64,000 nt of DNA, from the NCBI GenBank assembly GCA_964016885.1, contig OZ024754.1, forward strand, positions 40,734,001 to 40,798,000. Direction: 5' to 3'. A model generated the notes under the pieces. That model did not search any database, was not told where the DNA came from, and was given only the letters and a program-made list of their open reading frames with translations. The stretch is from Eledone cirrhosa. Taxonomy: Eukaryota. Positions 33,640 through 46,511 of this stretch are shown piece after piece; the first letter of the stretch is position 1, and each line of letters starts with the position of its first letter. The position numbers were made by a program, and so were the translations under genes.

Positions 33640-35287
33640 CGGCGGCGGCGGCGATGATGATGTGATGGTGATACAAGCTGTTAACTCAGTTGATGATGAT
33701 GATACAGACAAGCTGTTAACTCAATTGAGGGTTTTTGTTTCTGTTATAGGCTGCCGATGCTCTGATTAACAATCATGTTGATACTAACCAGCTTTGTTGC
33801 TTATATAACATTCATATGGTACTAACTGGACCGATCACGGAGGAACAAAACACACGTGGAAGGAAGATCTATGTACCAGAAAACACACCAAGAGGATTTG
33901 GAATCTTATCTTTAAAAAACATTCCTCAGGTAAATAATATTATTTTGTTGTCTCTCTCCAATTTAGAATAGGTCTGCCATATAATAATAATAATGAAATT
34001 ATTGTGTACAGTGCTCAGGTGCACTACAACTCATCAAAGGTGCATGTATAGTACATAGAATAATGTACAAATGTCAGGAAAGTGAACAGTGTATGAGTCA
34101 TGGAATACATGTGTACATGTGTATGGAGGGGAGACATTAGGTGTAGTGTTGGTGAATTTCAGCAAAGGATGCAGTGTCTCGACAACTGATGCAGGTAGTT
34201 TGTTCCATGCTTCGACAACTCTGAGCAGGGAAAAATGTTTGGGAGCTGTGCTGTTTTCTGACTTTGTAGGCATGCCAACGTATGTCATAAGAAGTAACTA
34301 AATGGATTGGCACCAGGAAGGACATCAGGCCATAAGACATTACCTCAAAGAACGTCCCATGGTATACTGGCTCAGTGTCAGCTTTAATTTAAAGTGACTG
34401 CTCTCTGAGATAAATTGCCTTTGTTAAAGCTTGTGGAGCCCATGTCTACGACATGCAGTCTTATTTAGAGTGATTATTTTTCTAACAAAAGGGCGGTGGA
34501 TTGGCAGTATCGCTAGAGGGTCGGACGCCATGCTTTTCAGCATAGTTACGTCCCTTTACGATCTGAGTTCAAATCCCGCCGAGGTTGACTTTGCCTTTCA
34601 ACCTTACGGGGTCGATAAAATAAAGTACCAGTAATGAACTGGGTAATTGCTGGCCTTGTGCCAAACGTAGAAACAATTATTTTTCTAACAAAATTTTCTT
34701 ATATAAAATTATGTTGGAAGGTTTTAATTTAAGACCCTCTAAAATGGAACCAGGGGTGGTTTTGGGTAGGTTGGTATCTAAAGGGTTAAAATAGTGTATT
34801 TGTATTACTTTTTAATCTGCATGAATAAATTTGAGACAATTTTTCTCCACAGGTTCCATGCTTTCCAGTGTACACGCGTTCAGGAGAGGTAACTGTATCT
34901 CTTGACATGGTGGAATCTAATGTCTCTATCAATGATAATCAGTTAAAGAAGTTGACAATCTTTCATAGATTTGTGTTCAGCACTGTACTTCGACTGGAGA
35001 AGGATCCTATTGACTTTATGCCTGATGAAGCAAAAGTTGGTTATCTTATAATACCTTTGATTGAAGGTTTGTATTGGTTTTAATTACTACATTTCAATCA
35101 CTTTATATATTTCATTATCATCGTCATTTAACATCTATTTTCCATGGATTAGACAGGCTGTGTCATGTTATGCTGGTTAGGTGATTGTCTCTTGTTTAAA
35201 AACTCCGTTTTAGGCTTGATTTCTAGAGCCAGATGCTCTTCCTACCTGCCTCCAGCACTACCACCTCACAGAGTGGACTGGGTGCTG

Positions 35288-35320
<33 letters not shown>

Positions 35321-38094
35321 ATTATTGTTATCCACAACACATGGGTGGACGGCAGGCATCTATAACATTTAATTTGCAATATAAATTCAATTATTTTTAT
35401 ATTTCTGAAAACTGTTATGGAATAAAAATGCAAAATAAAAAGTTTGTTCAGGTTGACCAATGCCTTGTGAGTGAAAGTTGGGAGGTTGGAAACTGTAGAA
35501 GCCAAGAGTCATGTGTGTGTGTCTGTCTGTGTGTGTGTGTTTGTCTCTGTGTGTCTGTGTTTATGACACAAAACTTGGTGGTTTAACAAAAAAAAGATTA
35601 ATAATATGATCAGATTTGGAAAAATAAGTGTTGGGGTTAATATGATCAACTAAATTCTCTTTTTAAAGAGATGCTACAGCATGTCTAGTGACTGAAACCA
35701 GTAAAAGAAGCATTCATTTCTTGTGAAATTTTATTTTTTAAAATATTTTTTCTGTTTGCATTTATTACAATTTAAGATTATTTCTTCTAATATTGTGTGT
35801 GTTTCTGTTGTATACAGATGAGTGTGGGCATCATATTAACTGGAATTTTGTGAATGAAGTCCAGTTTTCCTTCAGCAGAAACCATCCTGATATTTATGAT
35901 TCAAAAAGAGATAAATTTAAGTTTTGCACAGAAGACTTTGAAGATGCTGTTGTAATGCCTTCGTATCGTAACATGGATCAGCCACAGCACTTTTATGTTG
36001 CTGAGATCAAATATGACCTCAATCCAAACAGTCCATTCCCTTCTCCTGAGCTTTATAGGACATTTAATGAGTATTACTCTAAAAAATATGGTCTCCATAT
36101 CACTAACTTGGAACAACCTTTATTGGATGTTGATCATACTTCTGCACGTCTTAATTTATTAACTCCACGTTACATGAATCAAAAAGGCATCGCTCTGCCG
36201 ACAAGCAGTGCCGAAACTAAGAAAGCCCGTCGAGAAAACTTACAACAGAAACAAATCTTGATTCCAGAATTGTGTGTTGTTCACATATTCCCTGCTTCTC
36301 TGTGGCGTAAAGCAGTGTGTCTTCCTGCCATTCTTTACAGAATAAACTATCTTCTGATTGCTGAAGAGATTCGTGTGAAAGTTGCCCAAGGAACCAAAAT
36401 AGGGGTTATTGAAATTCCAAAAGGCTTTCAATTTCCTAAACTTGATTTTGGTTTTGAAACCAACCCAGAAAAGATCATTGATAATAAACCTGAAAATGAG
36501 ATGAAGGGAACAAAAGCCAATACATGCTGCACTTCTTCATCAAAAACTCCTGCAAATGATAACAACAAGCTTGTGTTAAAAGATGCTAGAGAAAACAATG
36601 AACAAATTAAAAATGATTCTGGTTCCAGTTCACAAAAAGTTACGTTTGAAAATCAGAAAGATGTGAAAGAAATGCCAATAAAAGAACTATTGGTAAATAA
36701 TCTCGAGAGTAAGAAATTTAACTCTAGAAAACCTTTTATAAAAAGTAATTCAATGGAATCTCTTCATAAAAGCTGCAGTGTCAAAGAAGACTGTAATAGA
36801 CCATTGAAGGATTCTAATAGAATTCAAGAAGCACTTAATGCTGCAGCAGGAAAGAATAATTTTGAACGAAGAGAAGATTCAGTGAGTGCGCCATCTAACA
36901 GGAGTTTCCACCCGTCAGATATTAACACTTTCAAGTCTTCCTCTGTTAACAGCGAAGAAAAGAAATTTCAGCCTCAACAGTTTACAAATAAGAAAAAGCA
37001 TGAAAAAGAACCGCAACATTCGAATGAGAACATTAAAGAGGAGAACCTGAAAGAAGAGAAGAACAGTAAGTCTTTCCCAAAATCTAATTTTACTAACCTG
37101 CAGAATTCCAGTAGAATACCTAATGGCAGTAAAATGGATTTTAAGATAACTTTCGACATTGCAAAGGATTTAAATCCCAAAGACTCTCTTGATTCATTTA
37201 AAGAAACTACCGAGGTTCCCTCAAATGTTAAATTTCAGAATGATACTCTAAAGAAAGATTTGGAATCTCTCGATATTCGTCTTATTTGTGATAACAGAAG
37301 CTATCCTGAGGGAAACGCTTTCCATCAAATGGATGAGCAAATTAGGAAGGAAAAGAAAGCTTCTAAGACATTTGAACAATTAGATAACTTTTATCAGACA
37401 AAGCCACACAAGTCTGCAAGAATTGTAGAAATTTCAGATTCAGATGATCACCAAAAAGATAATATTGACAAACTTTCTAATGGCAACTGTGATAAAAGTG
37501 AATTGAAAAATATACCTCCTCCTACTTTTAGTCCAAAGAAAGATCCTGTGTGTAAAACTTCTGTGCAGAATTCTAATAACCAAGCAGATTATTCTCCAAT
37601 CATAGAAACATGTAAAGAATTAAAAAATAATTTCAATAATGCTCGTCTTCATTCTTCAGACACAAACATATGTCATGCTAATGTGGATTCTGTAAAAGAT
37701 GTTGAGGAAAAACTTTGCAGTAACTCAAATGAAAATGAGGAACATTTAAAACCTCCTACATCTGTCTGTGTGACTCCCAATAATAAAGATGAAACATGTA
37801 ATTTATATACAGCTAGCAAGTCAAACGATGTACTACATTCTAATTCCACTGCCACTACAGCATTTAATCCTCCTAGCCAGGAGAAATCTTTATCAACATC
37901 TTCAGACTCTGATTCTTCATCTAATTATGAATTAGCAGCCACCAGTCTCCATTCATCTCCAGAGCAAACTTTGAACCACTCTCATTCATCTAATCAGTCT
38001 ATATTTAATTGTACTCGGTCTCCTTCTTCACTGACAGATGTTGATGTTGATAATATTGATGATGTTGTTGTTGATGATGTTGATAATAATAATA

Positions 38095-38133
<39 letters not shown>

Positions 38134-40086
38134 TTGATAATGATGATGTTGATAATGATGTTGATAATGATAATGTTGTTGATAATGATGATGATGTTGA
38201 TAATGTTGATGATGATGATGATGATGATGATGTTGATAATGATGATGTTGTTGATAATGATGATGATGTTGTTGATAATGATGATGACGACGAAACATCT
38301 TCAGATTCTGAGGTCACTTCATGTCCAACCAAACAGACCACTTCTCATCTTCCGGACTCTAATGACCAACTCGTCGAGGAAGCTGAACGCGACATCTCTG
38401 AATCAGCACCTCTAAATGATGAAGACGAAAAAGATGTTGAAGCCGTTTCACCACCCATAACCCCACACAACAACAACAACAACAATGTCAATATCATTGA
38501 AAGCCCCATTGCTACAAAAGTACCCCTCTCTAACATAAACAAATGCACCAGTCTTATGTCGTCCTCTCATGATAATGCCGTCTGTGATAATAATATAAGA
38601 CACTCTTCAGACACCGATGTCTTTCAGAACATAACATCATTCAGTGGTCAGTCAGCTTCAGTAGATATGACAAAAATATCTGACTATGGCCAAATTGATG
38701 ATGCAACCAATGCAAATCTTGTTTACAGCTATGCTGAGACTCAGGAAAAACTTGCTCAGTCCTCAAACACTCCACCTCTTTTACTAGATACAGACATTGA
38801 ACTGAGTTGTTACATTGGTCCCAGCCCGTGCATTATTTTGCAAGCACTTACCATGTCAAATGCAAATGATTTTTTCAGTCTTGAGAGATTGGAAACCATT
38901 GGGGATTCCTTTCTTAAATATGCTATCACTGTTTACCTTTACTGTCAATATCCAGGTATCCACGAAGGAAAATTAAGCTATCTACGTAGTAAACAAGTTA
39001 GCAATTATAATTTATATCGTCTCGGTCGTAAGAAGGGTCTACCCGAGAGAATGGTCTCAGCTAAATTTGAACCTTACGAGAATTGGCTTCCACCTGGTTA
39101 TGTTATCAATGAAGATCGTAGGCGCGGCCCTGTACACAAAGTTCATATTTCTTCGAGCAGCAACAAACAAGACTCTTCTTCATCTGGGAATCAATGTGGG
39201 AATGAATCAGTTGATGAGGAAATTCTATCAACATCGTTGAATGATGAGAAGTTGTCATCAAATTTAAATAATGGCATGATGAACTTTATTGAAAACGAGA
39301 AACTTCCAAGCCATGTACGGAAAGCAAACTTCGAACAGTGGAAATTCAACCAAGAACTGGAAGAATTAAAACAATCACAAGAACAAGATGGTGTTAGTGG
39401 TTGTGGTAGTTCTACTAATGAAAAACCACTCGTTCCTTATAGCTTACAAACAATTCACAGCATCCCTGATAAAAGTGTAGCAGATTGTGTTGAAGCACTT
39501 ATTGGTTGCTATTTAACTTGTTGTGGGAAAAGAGCTGCTCTTCTTTTCATGTCTTGGCTTGGTTTAAAGGTTCTGCCACAAAAACATATCTTGGACCTAC
39601 AAGAACAATTTGATGAAGTATGTATATTAACACCTTTCATTTCGAAATGATTCTAAATTTTGGTATTAATAGGATTTGAATTTGTCTTTAAAAATATTTC
39701 ACTGTTTCAGAGAATTACATGGATTATTTTTAAAAATGTATATTGACCTTTCTTTTATAGAACTGAAGATGAGATTTTACATCCATTTAACTCTCCTTCA
39801 TTGTGTGAGTGTGAGTGTATATATATATATATATATATATATAACAAAGGAGTTGTGGTAAGGAACCAGAAGGACCATAACGCACCAGAGTACTCAATAT
39901 TTAGGGTAGTAGAGTGGGTAATAGGAAAATGTATGACCCCAACGGCAGAGCTGAAGCCGTTTCGATGGCTATTTCTGGACTCAGAGTCCAGAAATAGCCG
40001 TCGAAACGGCTTGAGCTCTGCCATCGGGGTCATACATTTTCCTATATATATATATATGCAACTATTCATCTATCTATATATATAGA

Positions 40087-40117
<31 letters not shown>

Positions 40118-40132
40118 GTGTGTGTCTACATA

Positions 40133-40199
<67 letters not shown>

Positions 40200-40289
40200 A
40201 TATGTATATATATATATATGCAACTATTCATCTATCTATATATATAGATGTGTGTGTGTGTGTATATATATGTGTGTGTGTCTACGTAC

Positions 40290-40336
<47 letters not shown>

Positions 40337-40337
40337 G

Positions 40338-40385
<48 letters not shown>

Positions 40386-43300
40386 ATGTGTGGGTGTGTG
40401 TATATGTATATATATATATGCAACTATCATCTATCTATATATATATAGAGAGATAGATATGTGTGTGTATATATATATGTGTGTGTATATATGTATGAGT
40501 ATGTATATTTATATTATTATCATCATCAAATCCAGCCGAGGTTAGCTTTACCTTTCTTCCTTATGGGGTCGATAAAATAAAGTACCAGTCATGCATTGGG
40601 GTCGATTTAATCGACTTTCCCCTCCCTAAAAATTGCTAGCCTTGTGCCTATAGTAAAAATCATCATTATTATACGTCCCTTTACGATCTGAGTTCAAATC
40701 CCGCCGAGGTTAACTTTGCCTTTCATCCTTTCACCATACGGGGTCGATAAAATAAAGTACCAGTAATGCACTGGGGTAATTGCTGGCCTTGTGCCTAAAG
40801 TAGAAACAATTATTATTATTATAATTAAAAGGATGGTGAATTGTTTTAAGTTGATTGTTTTTTGTTTTTGTTTGTTCAGGACATCACTGAACATCAGTTG
40901 GATGAGCTGGAAACTCCTCTGTCACCATTACTTACTCATACATCAAATGCCAAGGAAGTTCTTGAACGTTTACTTGATGGTTATGAAACATTTGAGAAAG
41001 AGATTGGCTACACATTCTCAGATCGATCGTATCTTCTACAGGCTTTCACTCATGCATCATATCATTACAATACAGTAACAGACTGCTATCAACGGTACGT
41101 TTTACAATCTTACCAATAAAAATCATACTTGAAATATAATCTGGAAAATGGTATATGTAATAAGACTAAACAATACAAAATGGATGGTAAGATGATGGCA
41201 ATGAAAAAGTTAGTTATCTGGTAATCTTTGGGGTTTTTTGTCCTATTTCGGGACTTAAAATTCCCTTTGTCAGATTATAAGGAACTCTCAGAGAAAAAAA
41301 AAAATGTTATGGTCTCTTCTTTTTAATTTCAGGAATATATTTGTGGATGTTCTCTAAAGATCAGTCTTCAGACTTAACTTTGCTTTTACCTGTGAAATTC
41401 TTCAAAAAAACATACAAAACAACACTATGACTGCATCACATAGAAAATAACACTATGACTGCATCACATAGAAAACAACACTATGACTGCATCACATAGA
41501 AAACAGCACTATGACTGCATCACATAGAAAACAACACTATGACTGCATCACATACAAAACAACACTATGACTGCATCACATAGAAAACAACACTATGACT
41601 GCATCACATACAAAACAACACTATGACTGCATCACATAGAAAACAACACTATGACTGCATCACATAGAAAACAGCACTATGACTGCATCACATACAAAAC
41701 AACACTATGACTGCATCACATAGAAAACAACACTATGACTGCATCATATAGAAAACAACACTATGACTGCATCACATAGAAAACAACACTATGACTGCAT
41801 CACATACAAAACAGCACTATGACTGCATCACATACAAAACAACACTATGACTGCATCACATACAAAACAACACTATGACTGCATCACATACAAAACAACA
41901 CTATGACTGCATCACATACAAAACAACACTATGATTGCATCACATACAAAACTGAAGTCTTTTCTCTAATACTGCAGATCTTTGCAATGATCTGTCCAGT
42001 AGTAAAGGCACTATATACATGTGAATTAACAAACTGTGTTTTAGATATTCTCTGCTAAATTATTACAGAATGTTAAGAATTAATAATAATGGAATAATGT
42101 TGAATAACCAGTTGTGATTTTTAATTTATAAATATTTATAATCATTTACCATTTTTACCTTTTGCGTGTTTCAGCCGACAGGCTGAGGCCATCCTGGGGC
42201 ACTGCTATTTAACTTATTTATTTAATCTTTTTTTTTTCAGTCTGGAATTTTTAGGGGATGCAATTTTGGATTATGTAATCACCCGTCATCTGTATGAAGA
42301 CTCTCAGCGTTATTCCCCTGGGGTTCTCACAGACCTCAGATCAGCTCTAGTCAACAATAATATTTTTGCAGCTTTAGCTGTCAAATGGAACTTCCATAAG
42401 TTTTTCAAAGCCATATCTCCAGAACTGTTCAACGTTATTGAGAGGTTTGTTGCTCGGCAAAAAGAGAAGGAAGATGAAATAGATTTTGATGAAGAAGTAA
42501 GTAATTTAATCAGATTTTCTCCTCTTAACGCTTTAGCATTTACATTACTCTATATTTACTATAATATTTTCATGGTAAAGGCTTTACCTCAGATAATTAT
42601 CTCACATAGCATTTACATTACTCTATATTTACTATAATATTTTCATGGTAACGGCTTTACCTCAGATAATTATCTCACATAGCATTTACATTACTCTATA
42701 TTTACTATAATATTTTCATGGTAACGGCTTTACCTCAGATAATTATCTCACATAGCATTTACATTACTCTATATTTACTATAATATTTTCATGGTAAAGG
42801 CTTTACCTCACATCATTATCTCACATAGCATTTACATTACTCTATATTTACTATAATATTTTCATGGTAAAGGCTTTACCTCACATCATTATCTCACATA
42901 GCATTTACATTACTCTATATTTACTATAATATTTTCATGGTAAAGGCTTTACCTCACATAATTATCTCACATAGCATTTACATTACTCTATATTTACTAT
43001 TATATTTTCATGGTAAAGGCTTTACCTGACATAATTATCTCGCATAACATTTACATTACTCTATATTTACTATTGTATTTTCATGATAAAGGCTTTACCT
43101 CACATAATATTGAATCTATGAAATTTTATGTTATTTATTTTGAGAACAATACCTCAACAATTATATATTTTTTTTAAACTTGAAAATTAGTTCCAAGATG
43201 AAGGAGAAGAAAGTCCTGACGAAGAAGTGGTTGAAATGGAAATCCCCAAAGCTCTTGGTGATATATTTGAGTCTGTTGCTGGTGCTATCTACCTTGACAG

Positions 43301-44836
43301 TAACAGGTCTTTAGATGTTGTATGGAAAGTTTACTATCGTATTATGAAGCCACAAATTGGTAAGAAATGGTTTTCTTTAAATATTGGAATTGAAATAGAA
43401 ATGTGATTATTGTTGTTTTAGTTTGGTTTTTAAGTTTTTTAATAATCAATAAAATTATTAACCATCTTGCCAACACCAACCCTGAGTACCTTTTTAAATC
43501 CATGTGTCTGACACACGTGGGCATGTGTACAAAATCAGAAAACAGTACAGCTCCCATGAATTTCAGAAACATTTTTCATGCTCAGAGTTGCTGAAGCATG
43601 GAACAAACTACCTGCATCAGTTGTTAGCTGCTGAGACACAGCATTCTTTAAAATCTCCATGCTTCCTGAAAATTTGCCAACACTACACTTGATATCCCCC
43701 CTCCATACACACACATATATCAAATTAAATTGATGTTGTTTTAATAATTGAATATATTTTGAATATTAAATTGATATTGTTTTAATAATCAAATATATTT
43801 ATTTTACTGGATTTTTTTTTTTCCTGTCATCATAGCTCAGTTTTTGTAGGGATAGGTTTCAAATATATTTGGGTTTTTTAATGAAAATATTCTGTATATT
43901 TTTTCGTTTTTTTTTTATTTTTCTCAGAAAATTATTTGAAAAAATATTCATTGATTTCTTTCATTTTTCTCAGAAAAATATTTGAAAAGTATTCCAAAAT
44001 CACCTGTACGAGAATTATTGGAACTGGAACCAGAAACTGCTAAATTTGAGTAAGTATTTTTAAGGATCATGTTTAATAACAGCCACAGAAATAAATGTAG
44101 CTTTGCTTGGTCAAAGTATATTTATTATTAAGAGTTGAGTAAAAGCTGTGAATGGCAGTATTGGTTGAGCATTGGTATAGAGTTACAGCTCTTTACGTTC
44201 TGGGTTCAAATCCCACCGAGGTTAGCTTTGCTTTTCATCCTTACGAGGTCGATAAAATAAAGTACCAGTAACTCACTGGAGTTGATTTCATTGACTTTCC
44301 CCTCACAGCAAATTGTTGGTCTTGTGCCAAAATCAGAAACCATTATTAAGAGTTAAATTGGTGTTAACATAATTAATATAAGGTGTTAACGAACTAGAGT
44401 TATGCAATCCACATTCCAATCAGTTAATTGTGATGCCAATAGCATAAAGCACTCTACACCACGTACACATCCAAGTTTGTTTTGGTAGTCCAAGGTGAAG
44501 AATACATACATACAGTACAGTAAATATTAGGGAAGGTCATATGAAGTTATGCCTTTGGTTAATATGAGATAATTGCATGATTATACGTCTTTATTTCAAG
44601 ACTCTACACTCCTTATTGTGAGATCTTTTGTTTATTTCAGGAAACCTGAGAGGACAGTTAATGGCAAAATCCGAGTTACTGTTAAAGTTGCTGGTAAAGG
44701 TGTTTATCACGGTGTTGGACGGAACTATCGCATTGCAAAGAGTGCTGCTGCAAAAAAAGCTTTGCGAATCCTTAAAACTATGCAATCACAAGGCCTCATT
44801 GCTCAAATATCAAATGAAAAGATGATGCAAGGATAA
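20536..44836 (+). CDS. DICER1: Endoribonuclease Dicer (Dicer-1 type); exons 20536-20631, 23051-23219, 25300-25553, 26707-27855, 28430-28531, 29319-29524, 30213-30354, 31533-31608, 32428-32615, 33750-33929, 34853-35066, 35818-39617, 40880-41094, 42241-42496, 43191-43359, 43974-44049, 44641-44836 (~2495 aa)
   Basis: Domains in order: helicase ([47 protein letters not shown]), DUF283 ([14 protein letters not shown]), platform ([21 protein letters not shown]), PAZ ([20 protein letters not shown]), RNase IIIa ([25 protein letters not shown]), RNase IIIb ([22 protein letters not shown]), dsRBD ([25 protein letters not shown]). Exon phases are all compatible. Confidence 0.97.
20745..22143. repeat. 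55/57-bp minisatellite (~25 copies) in the first coding intron of Dicer
   Basis: Unit tagagaaatagtatagtatttagtccacttggtggagtggttctatattactgtc(tg); no unique spacers. Confidence 0.95.
22763..22962. mobile_element. mariner-like MITE; a second copy at 61618-62277 carries a nested CR1 tail and two SINEs
   Basis: TA|TGAGGGTCGGCTGAAAAGTTCATA...TATGAACATTTCAGCCTACCCACG|TA termini; the internal sequence is shared by both copies. Confidence 0.7.
24015..24165 (-). ncRNA. Type I minimal hammerhead ribozyme motif (Penelope-like-element type) with long stem II
   Basis: Minus strand: CATTATTT-CTGAAGA-[~115-nt stem II hairpin]-GAAA-CGATCG-TT^AAATAATG. It has a perfect 8-bp stem I, a palindromic stem III and a GUU cleavage triplet, and sits in an insert flanked by (TA)n. 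The base of stem II is mismatched. Confidence 0.65.
26707..27855 (+). CDS. DICER1: Dicer exon 4 (helicase Hel1 end, Hel2i, Hel2)
   Basis: 1149-nt open exon: [46 protein letters not shown]. Confidence 0.95.
31131..31467. mobile_element. pogo/Tigger-like MITE
   Basis: TA|CAGTGGAAC...GTTCCACTG|TA termini. Confidence 0.65.
31668..32365. repeat. 62-bp minisatellite (~11 copies) derived from the terminus of a piggyBac-like MITE (family B)
   Basis: Unit ttaaccctttagttatcaaccctgccaaaaccatttctggttctatgatagaaaaccttgtc matches the reverse complement of the dispersed element ends at 5365-5431 and 34745-34789. Confidence 0.9.
33985..34290 (-). mobile_element. CR1-like LINE 3' fragment; others 43450-43720(+), 53450-53645(+), 55765-56105(-), 31030-31125(+)
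   Basis: Translates to [32 protein letters not shown], typical of CR1 ORF2 ends, followed by a conserved 3' UTR and (ATT)n tail. Confidence 0.75.
35818..39617 (+). CDS. DICER1: Dicer exon 12 (3.8 kb: PAZ, connector, large low-complexity insertion, RNase IIIa)
   Basis: Single open frame from the PAZ domain to [10 protein letters not shown], bounded by AG and GT. Confidence 0.95.
39842..40045. mobile_element. (TA)n-associated dispersed element ending in a ~60-bp-stem palindrome; relatives at 15447-15592, 15865-16020, 46995-47190, 47231-47385
   Basis: Shared body ggtaaggaaccag..gaccataacgcaccagagtactcaatatttagggtagtagagtgggtaatagg plus hairpin 39921-40045. Most copies are embedded in (TA)n. 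Confidence 0.7.
41410..41952. repeat. 28-bp minisatellite (~19 copies)
   Basis: Unit aaaacaacactatgactgcatcacata(g/c). Confidence 0.95.
42525..43160. repeat. 73-bp tandem amplification (~8 copies) of the end of a family-A piggyBac-like MITE, filling a Dicer intron
   Basis: Unit tagcatttacattactctatatttactataatattttcatggtaaaggctttacctcagataattatctcaca continues into the normal MITE body at 43100-43160. Confidence 0.9.
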
Positions 44837-45181
44837 GCTGGATAGATTGCTGATCAAGATGTATCTGTGATTCCATAATCAGCCATTACCGTCACGTGGC
44901 TGCAGATCATTGTTTCAACTACTTGGCACTGTGTGTGTGTGTGTACATGTATGGGTGTGTGGTGTGAACATGTATATGTGTCTGGGTGAGAAAGAGAGAG
45001 AGAAAAAGACAGTAACATTTTTTTTTGTGTGTACGTAATCGCGGTTTCATGTCAGGTATGGAACAATGAGTATGTATAATAATAATAATAATAATAATAA
45101 TAAGTTTTAATTTATGAATGAATTTTTACATTTTGTTTGTTAATGGCACAGATCATAGACTTCAAATTTGAAATAGAGAAT

Positions 45182-45672
45182 GGATAGCTCTCTAGGATAG
45201 CTCTTTTGGATAGCTCTCTAGGATAGCTCTCTTGGATAGCTCTCTAGGATAGCTCTCTAGGATAGCTCTCTAGGATAGCTCTCTAGGATAGCTCTCTTGG
45301 ATAGCTCTGTTGGATAGCTGTCTTGGATAGCTCTCATGGGTAGTTTTCTTGGATAGCTCTCTAGGATAGCTCTCTTGGATAGCTCTCTAGGATAGCTCTC
45401 TAGGATAGCTCTTTTGGATAGCTCTCTAGGATAGCTCTGTTGGATAGCTGTCTTGGATAGCTCTCATGGGTAGTTTTCTTGGATAGCTCTCTAGGATAGC
45501 TCTCTTGGATAGCTCTCTAGGATAGCTCTCTAGGATAGCTCTCTAGGATAGCTCTTTTGGATAGCTCTCTAGGATAGCTCTCTTGGATAGCTGTCTTGGA
45601 TAGCTCTCTAGGATAGCTCTGTTGGATAGCTGTCTTGGATAGCTCTCATGGGTAGTTTTCTTGGATAGCTGT
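45182..45672. repeat. 13-bp minisatellite (~37 copies) just after the Dicer stop codon
   Basis: Unit ggatagctctcta with a higher-order block (gatagctctcatgggtagttttctt) recurring three times. Confidence 0.95.
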
Positions 45673-46422
45673 CTTTAGCCTTTAAAACTATTATGGCATC
45701 GGTAATTTGTATTTGAAGTTTGTACAGAGAGTGTATATATGTGTGTGTATATGATACTAACTAAGAGAGCGTATATTTATGTGTGTATATGGTAGTAACT
45801 AAAAGAGTGTATATTTATGTGTGTATATGGTAGTAACTAAGAGAGTGTATATATGTGTGTATGGTAGTAACTAAGAGAGTATATATGGTAGTAAGTGAGT
45901 TTTTATATGTGCGTATATAGTAGTAAATAAGAGTGTATATATGTGTGTGTGTGTGTATATGGTATCAAATAACCGTGTATATGTGTGTGGTAGCAAATAA
46001 GAGTGTATATATGTGTGTATATGATAGTAAATAAGTGTGTATATGTGTGTGTCTATGGTAGTACATAAGAGAGGTTGTGAATGATGAGTAAAGCTATGTG
46101 AAAAGAAGTGTTTATATTGTGATTCAGAAATAATGTTGTGATTTGTGAAATGATCACAAAATTGTAAATGTCCTTACAGACTTAAATTCCAGAATCTAAT
46201 GAAATGATTCATCCAAAAATTGTTAAAATACATTTCATATCTTTATTCTGGTTGGGTTTTCATGCTCCACCAATCATTTGTTTTTCTATCTTGATTTTTT
46301 TTTTCCGACCACAAATTTTGAACTTCACTAACATTCAAACCCAACTCCTCATATCCATTGTTCACATATATTTATATTCACACCATCAACATTATTATGG
46401 TGTAAAATTGAGTAACCGGCTA

Positions 46423-46509
<87 letters not shown>

Positions 46510-46511
<2 letters not shown>

